Under the pieces are notes generated by a model. That model was not told the origin of the DNA. It did no database searches and saw only the letters and a list, made by a program, of their open reading frames with translations. The position numbers and the translations under genes were made by a program. Below, one piece after another: positions 8,244 through 16,803 of a DNA stretch of 38,706 bases (the first letter of the stretch is position 1; each line of letters starts with the position of its first letter). Origin of the DNA: Arenicellales bacterium (GTDB taxonomy: Bacteria; Pseudomonadota; Gammaproteobacteria; Arenicellales; UBA868); assembly GCA_050302555.1 (NCBI GenBank), contig JBMUHF010000035.1:1-38706 (forward strand). The letters are read 5' to 3'.

Positions 8244-9632
8244 ATGAAAGCTGTAGAAAGCGTGATTGACTTAGTTGGCGGAACTCCGCTTGTCCGACTC
8301 AATAATATTGTTGAACCTGACATGGCGACCGTCTATGCCAAAATGGAAAACCTTAATCCATCGGGCTCTGTCAAAGACCGGATGGCAATAAACATGGTAA
8401 AGCGGGCTGAGGAGGCGGGCCTGCTCAAACCGGGCGGCACCATTGTCGAGAGCACCTCGGGCAATACCGGGCTTGGGCTGGCGATGGCTGCAGCGGTCCG
8501 TGGATACCGTTGCGTCTTCACGATCCCGGACAAGATGAGTCAGGAAAAAATTGACATGCTGAAGTCCTACGGGGCCGAGGTGATCGTCACAGCGACTGAC
8601 CTTGATCATCATCATCCAGACAGCTACGTCGAAGTCGCTAAGCGGGTCGCCCGGGAAACGCCTGGGTCCTTCTACACTGACCAGTACTCTAATCCCCATA
8701 ACCCAGAGGCCCACTACCTTACTACCGGCCCCGAAATCTGGGAGGCCACCGACGGCAAGATCGACTCCTTTGTGGCGGGACTCGGCACAGGTGGAACGAT
8801 CTCGGGCACGGGGAAGTATCTCAAAGAAAAAGCAGCTGAAGCCGGACGGCCGGTGAGGGTTGTAGGGCCTGACCCCCACGGTAGCATCTATAAAGAAGCC
8901 CACGAGAAAGGTGAATGGAGTACGCCATCGCTCTATCGCGTCGAGGGGATCGGTCACGACTTCATGGTGGATACGCTGGATTTTTCCGTGGTCGATGAAG
9001 TGGTGAATGTCTCGGACCGCGACTCTTTTCTGATGGCGCGGCGTTTGGCTCGTCGGGAAGGCATTCTCTCTGGCGGGTCGACGGGAACAGTATTCTTTGG
9101 TGCCCTGCAGGAGGCAAAGAAACTGGGGCCCGGCAAAATCGTCGTTGCAATCGTCTGTGACTCAGGTGATCGCTATATCAGTAAATGCTTTAACGACGAA
9201 TGGATGCGCGACATGGGATATTTTTCCCCGGATAGCCATCTTGGCACCGTCCAGCAGTTACTGGATGTCCGCAATCAAGACGTAGCCTTTGCCAAACCTG
9301 AAGAATCCCTGCGGGAGGTAATCGCAAAAATGGCGGCGACCGGCATCTCTCAGATGCCGGTGGACTCCGGCCAGGGAGATCTTCGCATGATTGAAGAGCT
9401 CGACATTCTACGGGCGGTGGCCAGTGACGAATACGGCCTTGGGGACAGTGTGCGAGATATCGCGCGACCGCTTGAGGGGCGAATCAGTTCTAAAGATAAT
9501 CTCAGCCACGTACAGCAGATCTTTGAACAGAACAATGTCGCCGTTGTGGTGGACGAAGGTCGCGTTCTAGGGATCATTAACAAGATCGATCTGCTTGAAT
9601 TCATCAACAACCACAATCGTCAGGCAGCCTGA
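8244..9632 (+). CDS. cbs: Cystathionine beta-synthase with C-terminal CBS (Bateman) pair
   Basis: NPSGSVKDR (PLP Lys), ESTSGNTG, IPDKMSQEK, DQYSNPHNP, GLGTGGT, YRVEGIG, CDSGDRYISK..NDEWM, then ~130 aa of CBS domains (GISQMPV; VLGIINKIDLL). No N-terminal heme domain. Confidence 0.9.
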   Translation: MKAVESVIDLVGGTPLVRLNNIVEPDMATVYAKMENLNPSGSVKDRMAINMVKRAEEAGLLKPGGTIVESTSGNTGLGLAMAAAVRGYRCVFTIPDKMSQEKIDMLKSYGAEVIVTATDLDHHHPDSYVEVAKRVARETPGSFYTDQYSNPHNPEAHYLTTGPEIWEATDGKIDSFVAGLGTGGTISGTGKYLKEKAAEAGRPVRVVGPDPHGSIYKEAHEKGEWSTPSLYRVEGIGHDFMVDTLDFSVVDEVVNVSDRDSFLMARRLARREGILSGGSTGTVFFGALQEAKKLGPGKIVVAIVCDSGDRYISKCFNDEWMRDMGYFSPDSHLGTVQQLLDVRNQDVAFAKPEESLREVIAKMAATGISQMPVDSGQGDLRMIEELDILRAVASDEYGLGDSVRDIARPLEGRISSKDNLSHVQQIFEQNNVAVVVDEGRVLGIINKIDLLEFINNHNRQAA

Positions 9633-9670
9633 TCTACGTCCGACTGTCACCAAAGCTACGGAGAAGCACA

Positions 9671-10813
9671 TTGAAATTTGATACCAAGGTAGTCCGCGCC
9701 GGCATCAGTCCCGACCCCACCACAGGCTCGATACTGCCGCCGATCTATGAAACCGCCACCTTTGTACTGCCGGAGGTCGGGCGCGACTTGGGCTTTGATT
9801 ACACACGGTCCTCGAATCCCACTCGACAGGTGCTCGAGGACAACCTCGCCGCGATTGATAACGGTCAGTACGCCGTCAGCTTCGCGAGCGGTATGTCAGC
9901 CGTGGATTCGTGCTTTAAGCTCCTGACCGCCGGGGATCATATTGTCTGTGGTGATGATGTTTATGGCGGAGTGACGCGCCTGCTGGATAACGTCACTGTG
10001 CAGCAGGGTATTGATGTCAGTTACGTTGATACCACAAACGCAGATGCCGTACGGAGCGTCATCACCCCCAAGACACGAATGCTCTGGATTGAGACCCCAA
10101 CCAATCCGCTGTTGAAGGTGAGTGACCTTGAGGAAATGGTTAAGATCGCGCGCGAGAACGATATCCTGCTGGGTGTGGATTCCACATTTGCGACACCAGT
10201 CTTCCTTCGGCCTCTGGAGTTCGGCGCCGATATTGTGATGCACAGCACCACCAAGTATCTTGCCGGGCACAACCAGATTATCGGCGGCGTGATCGTCACC
10301 AATCACCAGCATGTGTTTGAAAAGATGAAGTACATCCAGAAGACCATCGGCGCGGTGTCGAGCCCTTTTGACTGCTGGCTAAACCTCAGTGGCCTCAAGA
10401 CGCTGCACCTGCGCATGAAGCGCCACGAAGAATCGGCCATGGCGGTTGCCGAGTTTCTGGAAGGCCATAACAAGATTGATCGCGTGCTCTATCCCGGCTT
10501 GGCCTCCCATCCACAACATGCTATCGCCAAGGCGCAGATGTCGGGCTTCAGCGGTATGATTGCTTTTGAACTGACGGGCGGCACAGAAGCCGGCAAGCGC
10601 CTCATGAACAATGTTCAGTTATGCGGACTCGCGGAAAGCCTCGGCAGCGTCGAGACTATGATCACGCATCCGGCCAGCATGACGCACGTTGACGTACCCG
10701 TAGAAGACCGGCGCAAACGGGGCTTAACGGACGGTCTCGTTCGGCTCTCTGTCGGTATCGAAGACGTTGACGACATAATCGGTGATCTGGAATCCGCGCT
10801 GGAAACAGCCTGA
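9671..10813 (+). CDS. Cystathionine gamma-lyase/gamma-synthase (Cys/Met metabolism PLP enzyme)
   Basis: DYTRSSNPTR, FASGMSA, DDVYGG, IETPTNP, HSTTKYLAGH (PLP Lys), AESLG, HPASMTH, LVRLSVGIED. TTG start with GGAG RBS. Adjacency to cbs favours gamma-lyase. Confidence 0.9.
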   Translation: MKFDTKVVRAGISPDPTTGSILPPIYETATFVLPEVGRDLGFDYTRSSNPTRQVLEDNLAAIDNGQYAVSFASGMSAVDSCFKLLTAGDHIVCGDDVYGGVTRLLDNVTVQQGIDVSYVDTTNADAVRSVITPKTRMLWIETPTNPLLKVSDLEEMVKIARENDILLGVDSTFATPVFLRPLEFGADIVMHSTTKYLAGHNQIIGGVIVTNHQHVFEKMKYIQKTIGAVSSPFDCWLNLSGLKTLHLRMKRHEESAMAVAEFLEGHNKIDRVLYPGLASHPQHAIAKAQMSGFSGMIAFELTGGTEAGKRLMNNVQLCGLAESLGSVETMITHPASMTHVDVPVEDRRKRGLTDGLVRLSVGIEDVDDIIGDLESALETA

Positions 10814-10831
10814 AACAGCTGACGCAGCTGC

Positions 10832-10868
10832 ATTCTGTAGCGCACTTTGGGTGCGCTACAGAATTTTT
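10832..10868 (+). terminator. Intrinsic terminator with 14-bp stem, overlapping the stop of the convergent gene
   Basis: ATTCTGTAGCGCAC-tttgg-GTGCGCTACAGAAT-TTTT. Confidence 0.8.
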
Positions 10869-11311
10869 GCCGAGTAGTCGCCCGAGTAAACGACTGCTAC
10901 CTCGCTCTGCGAATGGACCTCGGCATGGAGGGAGAGTAACGCCCTGCTCCGTTCTCCGAGTGACGCTATGAACGCAGCCGCGTCTTCAGGCGCAGGCCAG
11001 CGACAGCGTGCGCTAATCATCTGTTCTGTGCAGGGCCGCGCGTAACGCACATCGCTTCTGACCACCGCGATATCCGTTTGATATCCTGCGTCCTCGCAGA
11101 CGAGCGACGTCATCGCCCATCCAGACAAGGTACAAAGCGATGCCAAGGTTCCTGCAAACGCGGTCTGCTTGTCATTGAAATTCGACGCCAGTGGCGCCTC
11201 CAGCACCAATCCCCTGTCATCAACCGGCCCCGCCTGAATGTCAAAGTGTCGCGCCATTGGGACATTTTCCCGCAGGTACCGAACCAGTCTTTCAAGCGCG
11301 CTCTGATGCAT
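10856..11311 (-). CDS. Hot-dog fold thioesterase, YiiD C-terminal-like
   Basis: YLRENVPMA...APLASNFNDKQTAFAGTLASLCTLSGW matches the YiiD-C pattern. ATG 11311 chosen. Confidence 0.78.
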   Translation of the reverse strand: MHQSALERLVRYLRENVPMARHFDIQAGPVDDRGLVLEAPLASNFNDKQTAFAGTLASLCTLSGWAMTSLVCEDAGYQTDIAVVRSDVRYARPCTEQMISARCRWPAPEDAAAFIASLGERSRALLSLHAEVHSQSEVAVVYSGDYSAKIL

Positions 11312-11876
11312 CAAGACTTCCCAATTTAAAGAAACATTCCTCACTGATCACGCCCCACTCATTGGGCACCGTCGGTGCGGGCTGGATCAGCTCCGCCAGT
11401 TCGTAGTACACAGAACGGTTAATAAGTGCCCACAAGCCGTCGCGCACTTCTATATAAGGCGCGGGCTCTCCATTTACGGGGTTTTCATCGACGTGCAGCG
11501 GGTGTGCCTCACCGGCGATCACAACATCGTCGACGTTGGTCCGGAAAACCAGTCGCTGTGACTTGCCGTGTCCTGTGCGCTCTAGTTCCACCGCCAGAAA
11601 GGGCGCATCTTCAACCTCGATGCGGAGCTTTTCTGTCGGGGAAACCAGGAAGAAATCTTTTCCCTCTCTTTTTAGGACCCGGGATAGCATCCGAACCAGT
11701 GATGGCCGCTCTATTGGAGAACCGAGGTAGTGCCAAGCACCGTCGCGACTGATCCGAAGCTCCATATCCCTTTGGGTTGCGGGCTGCCAGGAATTCACGG
11801 GGGGCAGTTTTTCATCTCGGGTCGCAACCGCCAGTCGCTCAAGGGGGCCTAATGTTTCGGAATCCGACTCGATCAG
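11292..11876 (-). CDS. DUF1285 family protein, probable CTG start
   Basis: LPPVNSWQP...MELRISRDGAWHYLGSPIERPSLVR, LVSPTEK..IEVEDAPF, FRTNVDD, PYIEVRDGLWALINRSVYYEL. The frame is open upstream of the track GTG (11798) to a stop at 11913-11915 with no ATG/GTG/TTG; CTG at 11876 overlaps the upstream TGA. Confidence 0.8.
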   Translation of the reverse strand: MIESDSETLGPLERLAVATRDEKLPPVNSWQPATQRDMELRISRDGAWHYLGSPIERPSLVRMLSRVLKREGKDFFLVSPTEKLRIEVEDAPFLAVELERTGHGKSQRLVFRTNVDDVVIAGEAHPLHVDENPVNGEPAPYIEVRDGLWALINRSVYYELAELIQPAPTVPNEWGVISEECFFKLGSLDASERA

Positions 11877-12259
11877 GAGGGCTCTCCCTTTACGGGGCGG
11901 GGTCGGCCCGAATCATCGAGCGCGACAAAAGTGAAGATGCCTTCGGTGACCTGCTCTTCGGTTCGGTCATGTCGACGACGAACCCAGGTATCAACCTTGA
12001 CAGCAATTGAGGTCACCCCAACCCTGACTGTGCTGCAGTAGCAACTGACCTGATCACCGACCTGAACTGGCCGGTGAAATGTCATGGCATCGACTGCAAC
12101 CGTGGTGACTCGACCGCGAGCGGCTTCAAATGCGTGGGTGCCTCCAGCCAAGTCCATCTGCGACATTAGCCAGCCGCCGAAGATATCGCCATTAGGATTG
12201 GCATCAGCCAGCATGGCGATAGTACGAATTAATGGAGTTCCGTCAGGCGCGCTGCTCAA
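11873..12259 (-). CDS. yciA: Acyl-CoA thioesterase (YciA family)
   Basis: IRTIAM.ADANPNGDIFGGWLMSQMDLAG, TVAVDAMTFHRPVQVGD, FTFVALD..GRPR. TTG start overlapping the upstream TGA. Confidence 0.88.
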   Translation of the reverse strand: MSSAPDGTPLIRTIAMLADANPNGDIFGGWLMSQMDLAGGTHAFEAARGRVTTVAVDAMTFHRPVQVGDQVSCYCSTVRVGVTSIAVKVDTWVRRRHDRTEEQVTEGIFTFVALDDSGRPRPVKGEPS

Positions 12260-12846
12260 GACGATGACCCTCGCGGTAAACGGCCCATCAGGTAAAACTC
12301 ATCATTGGGCCGCATGGCCGTGAGATTTGCCATCCGATTGGAAAGCGCGAAAAACGCGGCAATCGCACCAATATCCCAGATGTCCTCGTCGTCAAAGCCA
12401 TGGTTGCGCAGCGCCTCGTAATCAGATTCTTCTAGCGCCGCTGAGTTGACCGCTACCTTTTCAGCGAACGCCAGCATAGCTCTCTGTCGCTCGGTGATAT
12501 CGGCTTTGCGGAAGTTGACCGCTACCTGATCCGCCACCAGTGGATCCTTGGCGTAGATCCGGAGAATAGCGCCATGGGCGACAACACAGTATGGGCAGTT
12601 GTTCTCCCCCGAAGTGGAAACCACGATCATCTCGCGCTCGGCCTTGGAAAGGCCGCCATCGCGAAGCATCAGGGCATCGTGATAATCGAAGAATGCCCGG
12701 CACTCGCTCGGGCGATGCGCTAGTGCCAAAAACACATTCGGCACAAATCCTGCTTTTTCCTGAACTGCAAGAATACGATCACGCAGGTCTTCGGGCAGTT
12801 CATCCAGTTTGGGCACCGGATACCGGCTGATAGGTTTTTCGCTCAC
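12256..12846 (-). CDS. Peroxidase-related enzyme, AhpD/carboxymuconolactone decarboxylase family
   Basis: GFVPNVFLALAHRP, EREMIVV.TS..NNCPYCVVAHGA (CxxC), FFALSNRMAN. GTG start with AGGA RBS. Confidence 0.9.
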   Translation of the reverse strand: MSEKPISRYPVPKLDELPEDLRDRILAVQEKAGFVPNVFLALAHRPSECRAFFDYHDALMLRDGGLSKAEREMIVVSTSGENNCPYCVVAHGAILRIYAKDPLVADQVAVNFRKADITERQRAMLAFAEKVAVNSAALEESDYEALRNHGFDDEDIWDIGAIAAFFALSNRMANLTAMRPNDEFYLMGRLPRGSSS

Positions 12847-13066
12847 AATACTTCCTGGTTAGAAACTTGTTCGCTATTTTACCCTTCAGTTCCCCCTCGA
12901 CTCGTAGACTTTGACCCAAGCGGCGACGGGCCGGTCGCGGGCTTTGGCCTGATACTGTGATTATTGGGCTATGTGGTCGTGGGGAGGCTCTCGCTCCCGC
13001 TACAGAGCAACTCCAAACGTCGATTGGACGAGTTGAGATTAGGAAACTGGTGAATTGACCACCACT

Positions 13067-13092
13067 GAGCGTCCTAATTACGGGACGCTCTT
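13067..13092. terminator. GC-rich hairpin GAGCGTCC-taattacg-GGACGCTC
   Basis: 8-bp perfect stem 15 nt past the aminotransferase stop. U-tract is weak on both strands. Confidence 0.55.
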
Positions 13093-13105
13093 GCGTCGTC
13101 GCGGC

Positions 13106-14269
13106 TCAACCCGAGCAGGCGCTCGCTTGCGGCAGGTCGGTAAGCACTCCTTCCAGAGCGCTCAGCAGGCGCTCGACGTTTTCGATACGGCATGAATGAC
13201 CCATCAGGCCAATACGCCATACCTTCCCGGCCAGAGGGCCCAGTCCCGCACCGATCTCAATGTCTTCTTCCTCAAGAAGCCGGGTACGAATCGCCGCTTC
13301 GTCAACGCCGTGTGGGACCTTAACGACGCTCAATTGACTGAGTCTCAGCGAGGCATCGTCGACCATCATTTCAAGACCGAGTCGCTTGAGGCCTGCCACC
13401 AACTGCTCGGAAACTTGATCATGACGCTCCCAGGCACGTTCAAGCCCTTCCTGTTTTACGAGCCGAAGTGACTCGGCAAGCGCGAAAATACTGTTGACTG
13501 GCGCAGTGTGGTGATAAGAGCGTTTACCGTTCTCAGACCAGTAACCGTTGATCAAACCCAGATCATGGAACCACGTGCTGACCGGGGTCTGGCGCTTATT
13601 AATCTTTTCAAGCGCGCGGTCTCCGATCGTGATCGGAGCGATACCGGCAACGCTCGACAGACACTTCTGCCCCCCGGAATAAGCGGCATCCAGGCCCCAG
13701 TCGTCTACGTAGAGCGGGGATCCCGCAAGCGAAGTCACGGTATCCACAATCGTCAGACATCCATGGCGGCGTGCAATATCTGCGAGCGTACGTGCATCCG
13801 ACAGGGCACCGGTGGACGTCTCCGCGTGGACGAATGCTACCACCTTGGCATCGGGGTTAGCATTGAGTGCCTCCTCAAGCTTTCGGGGGTCAACGGGCTG
13901 ACCCCATTCGTCATCGATCGTAACCACTTGTGCACCCAAGCGACTCGCCATCTCGGCCATCCGCTGACCGAAAACACCATTTTGCGCGACGACAATCTTG
14001 TCGCCGGATTCAAGCAGATTGATAAAGCAGGTCTCCATGCCGGCGGAGCCGGGACCGGAGACTGGAAAGGTAAGCCCATTCGTGGTCTGGAAAGCGTACC
14101 GCAACAGGTCTTTAACTTCCCCCATCAGACCTACAAAAGCCGGATCCATATGGCCAATCGCCGGTTGCGCAAGTGCTTGCAGCACCCGGGGATTAATTTC
14201 TGATGGGCCCGGACCCATCAGGGTTCTGATGGGTAAAGTCCGCACTGGCAAATCAATAACGCTTTCCAT
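13106..14269 (-). CDS. Alanine-glyoxylate / serine-pyruvate aminotransferase family (class V PLP)
   Basis: TLMGPGPS, SGPGSAGME, NGVFGQRM, VHAETSTG, VDTVTSL, YSGGQKCL (PLP Lys), YHHTAP, WRIGLMG. Confidence 0.9.
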   Translation of the reverse strand: MESVIDLPVRTLPIRTLMGPGPSEINPRVLQALAQPAIGHMDPAFVGLMGEVKDLLRYAFQTTNGLTFPVSGPGSAGMETCFINLLESGDKIVVAQNGVFGQRMAEMASRLGAQVVTIDDEWGQPVDPRKLEEALNANPDAKVVAFVHAETSTGALSDARTLADIARRHGCLTIVDTVTSLAGSPLYVDDWGLDAAYSGGQKCLSSVAGIAPITIGDRALEKINKRQTPVSTWFHDLGLINGYWSENGKRSYHHTAPVNSIFALAESLRLVKQEGLERAWERHDQVSEQLVAGLKRLGLEMMVDDASLRLSQLSVVKVPHGVDEAAIRTRLLEEEDIEIGAGLGPLAGKVWRIGLMGHSCRIENVERLLSALEGVLTDLPQASACSG

Positions 14270-14428
14270 GGTCAAGCCCCCAAAAGACAATTCTTGTGGG
14301 CAAAGAGCATACGGCGATTGGACAAAGATAATGAGTGCGATTATTGATTCGCGGTATCAGGAAAAACTTATACCACTTGAAGGTCGCGGGATTTCGCCTA
14401 ATTCCGCAGCCCAACAGACGAGATTGGC

Positions 14429-15346
14429 TTAAGGACGCTCGACCTGAAGGTACAGCAACTCTGTCCCGAGGGTCGCTCCGGCAAGTGCGGTAATTTCAGC
14501 GTGGTCAAAGGCCGGCGCTACTTCCACGATATCCATGCCTGCAATATCAAGACCTTTTAGACCACGAAGAATCTGCAGCGCAGTATTACTGGACAGCCCT
14601 CCCGCAACGGGCGTCCCTGTCCCGGGCGCAAAGGCTGGATCTAGACAGTCGATGTCAAAAGTCAGGTAAGCCTTGCGGCCTGCCACCCGTTCAACTATCC
14701 GGTCACTCACCGCCCTGCAACCACTGGTATGCACCTCGTCAGCATCCAACACCAAAAACTCGTGATTCGAAGCGTCGTACTCGGTTCGGATCCCTATCTG
14801 TACTGAAGCTGAAGGATCGATCAGCCCCTCACGGGGCGCTCGATAAAACATCGTGCCATGATCAAACTCACCTCCGTTCTGGTAAGTATCAGTATGGGCA
14901 TCAAAATGAATGAGTGCCAACTCCCCATGCACCTCGTGGTGCGCTCTTAGCAATGGCAGGCTAATGAAGTGATCTCCGCCAAAACTCATGAGTGCTTTTC
15001 CCGAATGGATAATCTCTAGAGCACGATCATGCAAAGTCTGTGAGAAGGCAGCACTGTCTCCAGGTGGATAAATCAGGTCCCCGCAATCGACCATTTTGAG
15101 ATGATCCGCCAGGGCATACCGCCAGGGCCAGCGGGCTTCCTCCCAACGCAGGTTACTAGAAGCTTGTCTAATCGCGGTCGGTCCGCTGCGGGTACCGGCG
15201 CGGCCGGTAGTCCCAAGGTCATAAGGAACCCCCAGTACCACGACATCTGCATCGCCGCCTGTCGCATCTGAACTGAGTGGCGCGCCAAGAAATCCAAAAA
15301 GATTGGAATACAAAGACACATCGTCCTGAATATCAATATCAGTCAA
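14429..15346 (-). CDS. speB: Agmatinase
   Basis: GGDHF, HFDAHTD, DHGTMF, TFDIDCLDPAFAPGTGTP, DIVEVAP ureohydrolase motifs. N-terminus SLYSNLFGFL and LRWE..RWPW resemble enterobacterial SpeB. TTG start. Confidence 0.9.
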   Translation of the reverse strand: MTDIDIQDDVSLYSNLFGFLGAPLSSDATGGDADVVVLGVPYDLGTTGRAGTRSGPTAIRQASSNLRWEEARWPWRYALADHLKMVDCGDLIYPPGDSAAFSQTLHDRALEIIHSGKALMSFGGDHFISLPLLRAHHEVHGELALIHFDAHTDTYQNGGEFDHGTMFYRAPREGLIDPSASVQIGIRTEYDASNHEFLVLDADEVHTSGCRAVSDRIVERVAGRKAYLTFDIDCLDPAFAPGTGTPVAGGLSSNTALQILRGLKGLDIAGMDIVEVAPAFDHAEITALAGATLGTELLYLQVERP

Positions 15347-15455
15347 GGAATTTACCTATATGGCGTCGCGCTAAGGACGCTAAAGAAGCACTAGCCCTAT
15401 CTTATAACAGCAGTTCCGTCTCTCCAGTATCCGGTGCGCCTGCCCTGCAACCGGC

Positions 15456-16700
15456 TTACTCAATCGGCCTTTGATCGTCGATCACTTTACCATCGTTAGG
15501 CAACTGGCCAGTTTCCACGAGTTCGACTTCACCGCGCAGTTTACAAACCTCCCGGATACTTTCTGCTACCGTTCGGGTGAAATCATCGCCGAGCCCTGAC
15601 GCCGCCGTGACTTCACAGAGCATTTTCATCACATCCGCATTTTCAACGCGGCTGACCTCCAGGCGGGCCTGGCGAATCTCGTCATGGCGTTCGACAACTG
15701 CTGCTACCTGAGAGGGATGCACAAACATGCCCCGGACTTTGGTGATCTGGTCTGCCCTGCCCATCCATCCCTTTATACGGGGACTAGTCCGGCCGCACGG
15801 GCTGACACCCTCCATGGCCGCCGAGAGATCCCCCGTGGCAAAACGGATAAGCGGATACCCCGCCTTAAGCGGTGTGACCAGCACTTCGCCGACCTCCCCC
15901 GGATCAACGGGGTCCCCGGTCCCGGGACGGACAATTTCCAGCAGGATTTCTTCATCCAGAAGGAGTCCTTCCCGGCTTTTTGATTCATAACCGATCAGAC
16001 CAACGTCTGCAGTGGCATAAGCCTGGAGCACATCGACACCACTATCGGAAAGTTCGGCACGTAAAGGCCCGGGCAATGCTTCGCCGGACACCAAACCCAG
16101 CTTCAGACTGGAGACATCCGCCTTCATCTCTTTTGCTTTATCCAGAAGAATCTTTAGAAAAGACGGGGTCCCCACATAAAAGTGCGGCCGAAGATGCGCC
16201 ATGGCCTGCACCTGCAGTTCAGTCTGACCGACGCCTGCCGGAAAGACCGTGCAACCCAGCGCATGTGCGCCGCTTTCGAGCATAAAACCCGCCGGCGTGA
16301 AGTGATATGAAAACGTGTTGTAGACAAGATCGCCTTCGCGACAGCCGGCTGCATGAAGTCCCCGCGCCGTACGCCAAAAATCTTCTGAATCTGCCTGTGG
16401 CTCAAAGATGGCTCCGGGAGAGGCAAAAACCCGAGGCAGTCTCCTGCCTTTGAGGTCCGTGTACCCGCCCAGCGGCGGAACTTTGGCCTGGGCCTTCGCC
16501 ATTTCTGACTTTCGGGTGACCGGCAGACGAGCCAACAAGACACGGTCTTTAATCTCTTCCGGGTCTACCTCTTGCAAAAGATCCGCGTACGCGGGAATGT
16601 TGACCTTAGCGTAGCGCAGTTGCTCACGAAGCTGCTCGAATTGCTGTGCTTCGCGTACCTGGGGTTCGCGCGTCTCAAGCCCATCAAAAAAATCGTTCAT
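15456..16700 (-). CDS. Phenylacetate-CoA ligase-like (PaaK family) AMP-forming enzyme
   Basis: FSYHFTPAG, YVGTPSFL, SGEALP, QAYATADVG, YPLIRFATGD, GRADQ..KVRGMFVHP. Last gene of the ligase/ABC operon. Confidence 0.85.
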   Translation of the reverse strand: MNDFFDGLETREPQVREAQQFEQLREQLRYAKVNIPAYADLLQEVDPEEIKDRVLLARLPVTRKSEMAKAQAKVPPLGGYTDLKGRRLPRVFASPGAIFEPQADSEDFWRTARGLHAAGCREGDLVYNTFSYHFTPAGFMLESGAHALGCTVFPAGVGQTELQVQAMAHLRPHFYVGTPSFLKILLDKAKEMKADVSSLKLGLVSGEALPGPLRAELSDSGVDVLQAYATADVGLIGYESKSREGLLLDEEILLEIVRPGTGDPVDPGEVGEVLVTPLKAGYPLIRFATGDLSAAMEGVSPCGRTSPRIKGWMGRADQITKVRGMFVHPSQVAAVVERHDEIRQARLEVSRVENADVMKMLCEVTAASGLGDDFTRTVAESIREVCKLRGEVELVETGQLPNDGKVIDDQRPIE

Positions 16701-16803
16701 CTATATGCCGCCTGTATTGCATGACGTTGCTGAAGGCAACAGAACCCCCGAATGTCCGGCTCTGTGTTGGAGACAAGGTTTCCGGGAGCCAACCGGACTG
16801 CAG

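Noticed and set aside
4434-12846. Selenoprotein (UGA readthrough) versions of OsmC or AhpD
   Set aside because: The catalytic positions are Cys codons and the ORFs are full length without internal TGA.
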